Below, in pieces: positions 61,650-64,000 of a stretch of 64,000 nt of DNA; within the stretch, counting starts at the first letter, position 1; each line of letters starts with the position of its first letter. The stretch is taken from positions 32,242,001-32,306,000 of the forward strand of contig NC_087245.1 in assembly GCF_037042905.1 (NCBI RefSeq), written 5' to 3'. The position numbers and the translations under genes are program-made. Origin of the DNA: Lytechinus pictus (lineage: Eukaryota). The notes under the pieces are model-generated. The model searched no databases and had not been told where the DNA came from. It worked only from the letters and a program-made list of their open reading frames with translations.

Positions 61650-61932
61650 TCTCTCTAGGCGCTCTACAATATATACAGCATAATTTGTTACCAAGGCTTT
61701 AGCAGAGCTGCTGTTATATGCTCAGCATTTCAAGGAATAAAATTCTGCTCGGTACCCATTTACGGTAAATGGGTACCTGGCAGGAATTTATTCCTGTAAA
61801 TTTTACCTCATCTGGGTTGACTGCAGCACAATATGGATGAATTTCTTGCTGAAGGAAGTTAATGCCTAGAGCAGAAATTGAACCCACGAGCCACTCATTA
61901 AGAGACAGGAATCAAAACAGTAATACGCCATG
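61650..61932 (-). mobile_element. SINE (9469 family) with an internal inverted duplication
   Basis: The core and a reverse B-box (ttgaaccc) are present, with a fold-back at 61733-61795. Confidence 0.75.
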
Positions 61933-63042
61933 ACCTTTTTACACAAAGAAATGCTTGATGCAAGTCAAACAAGCACAATACTTTTAATAATTAATGAGTT
62001 GAATAAAAACATAATATTTAGTATTTTAGAAATATCATCAATCGAAAATCAACAAATATGCTATGATCAATTGTAATTTGAATATTTGATTCAATTCTAT
62101 TGCAGCTCTTTGTAAGATGGGTCGCTGGCCTTTCTTTTTGAAAACCACAGAATGCTATATCATATCAGGAAAGCTTAAGCAACATCTTCACTTGAACAGT
62201 GTAAGTGCTTATCCTAATGAGACTAAAGGTCATTTGAGAAAAACTGCTCATTAGCATGACCCCAAACTGACAAAACCTTTAAGGTGAAAAAAGAAAGAAT
62301 TCGAGCCTGTAACACATTTTTTTTCCAAATTTCTTAGCAATCTTGACACATCCTCTAATTATGTCATTTTTCCCCCCTGATTTCTATATATTGATGTTCT
62401 CTCTGTGGAATGTGAAGTAAACACCTCTGATGCTGACATGGGGCTGGCCTGGTAATCATCTTCAATAATATAACATCCTAATGCCGCCCAAGCCAATAGG
62501 ATGTCGTACATCCACTTGAATAATAAAGAAGTTCATCACCTAACGAGCCCCAGACATAAAACTGATCAATCCGCTGCTTCATGAATAAGAGAGAAATGTC
62601 AGAAATGTTAACTATGTAGCCTGGCTAACAGCTTTTCAGGAGTGACGTGTAATGTGTCAAAAATGGTTGCCGACAGACATTGCCCAGACACCGACAATTG
62701 ATATCCCAAAATGTTCTCTCCACACAATTCTGAGTCACCAAGCTTCTTCTAGGAGACTTTGTGTTCAGAGGGAGAAAGGCTGTACGTTAAAAGAGACACA
62801 CGTTGAAAATAATTCTAGCTTACTTTGGTATAGATTGAAACGAAACTGTCTGTAGAAGCGAATTACTGTATTAAAGGAGATCAAATACGTTAAAACCAAA
62901 TTAATGTTTCTTGAAATAAGTTGTAGAAAGTGAGGCCCCAAATCTTCCTTCCCGATTTTGGGAAGAATTGGTTGCAGAGCTACAGTGACATCACAGAAGG
63001 CAGATTATTCTTGAATAGTCAATATTAAACAAATCTTGAAAT

Positions 63043-63237
63043 ATCTTACTTCAGTTTAGGGGTGGCTCCAGGACTTACCAAAAGGGAGGGGCATTTTGTA
63101 CCAGAAAATTCTGGCAACCCCCCCAAAAAAAAGTTATCCACTACCAAAACATGACATATGCCCCTATTTTTTTTTTGCCTCTCAAAAAAAGGGGGGGGGG
63201 GCACAGGCCAGAAAGCCCCCACCCTGATCCGCCACTG
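63043..63237. mobile_element. Decayed hAT-type MITE
   Basis: Right TIR ctgatccgccactg and a possible TSD cttgaaat/cttgagat. Confidence 0.5.
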
Positions 63238-64000
63238 CTTGAGATTCTTAAGGTGACGATACCAATGAGCTGATAAAAAGATCAATTATTTTAGTAAGAT
63301 TACTTTCATTTGCTACTGAAATGTACAAACTGTGTAAGAGGGCGTGCTGACAGAGATAAGATTCTATATAAAATGGAACTGGGAAAAAAGGGAGACAAAT
63401 TGTGAGTCCATGGACACATTTATACTACATCTGTCATGCAGAAACCAATGGGGAAACTGAGATACATCATACATGCACATGTATAACTTGACCTATAACC
63501 TGCCTATTCTAACTTCTGAATTGGATTTTTTGTGTACAAAGTCAATGGGACATGATGTACCTTTGCAGAGGTATAGTGGGGGAAAGTTTTAAAATGCTGA
63601 TTGTCCAATCACATACTTTATAAAATAGATACTGAATAAAAAATGAAATTCAAATATTAAATACTTGTCCCGTTATGCAAAGAAAGTCATGACATCATCA
63701 TGGTTCATGAACTCACAAAGAATTAAAAATTTGATATGGTTAATGGCATCATGAGTTTATTTTCCTCAACTGTGGACATTTCTTTATCAATGCATATAAT
63801 GAGTATTTGATAGCCACATAAGGGGTTTTGTCTCACCATGTTTCAACAAAATAATTATAAAAAAAATAATATCTTAGGTAGCTTTCATGAAACTGACAAT
63901 TGTTACAAGCTACTATAAACCCTTTCATCTGATTAGCTGAGAACAACTTTTCATGAACCCCCACCGAATGAAGCTCATTTCTTCACAAAAGACAGATGAT

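Noticed and set aside
62465..62575. Possible minus-strand exon RIDQFYVWGSLGDELLYY… with a small hairpin ggatgt-cgt-acatcc
   Set aside because: The acceptor is weak, the frame closes quickly, and nothing links it to the 61580 exon.

Overview
This window is AT-rich, repeat-dense animal genomic DNA, not prokaryotic. The repeat repertoire (tRNA-derived SINEs, CR1/L2-type LINEs, many MITEs, Helentron-like modules) suggests an invertebrate deuterostome such as a sea urchin; that assignment is inference. The only long coding sequences are retroelements: an intact 1052-aa APE-endonuclease/reverse transcriptase ORF2 (49869-53027, +), a frameshifted relative (38168-41200, -), and a decayed Tx1/L1-like 3' fragment (about 42317-43545, -). 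The last two sit inside a ~40-bp satellite that shows 110-bp and 220-bp higher-order structure. CpG-poor flanks (about 1-21700 and about 55400-64000) carry candidate minus-strand exons of two unidentified host genes, and the middle looks intergenic. I found no convincing novel multi-gene system. The most interesting signals are the nested and paired transposons with reciprocal empty sites, directional CpG decay, fold-back palindromes and the satellite hierarchy. All counts are by eye and no searches were run.
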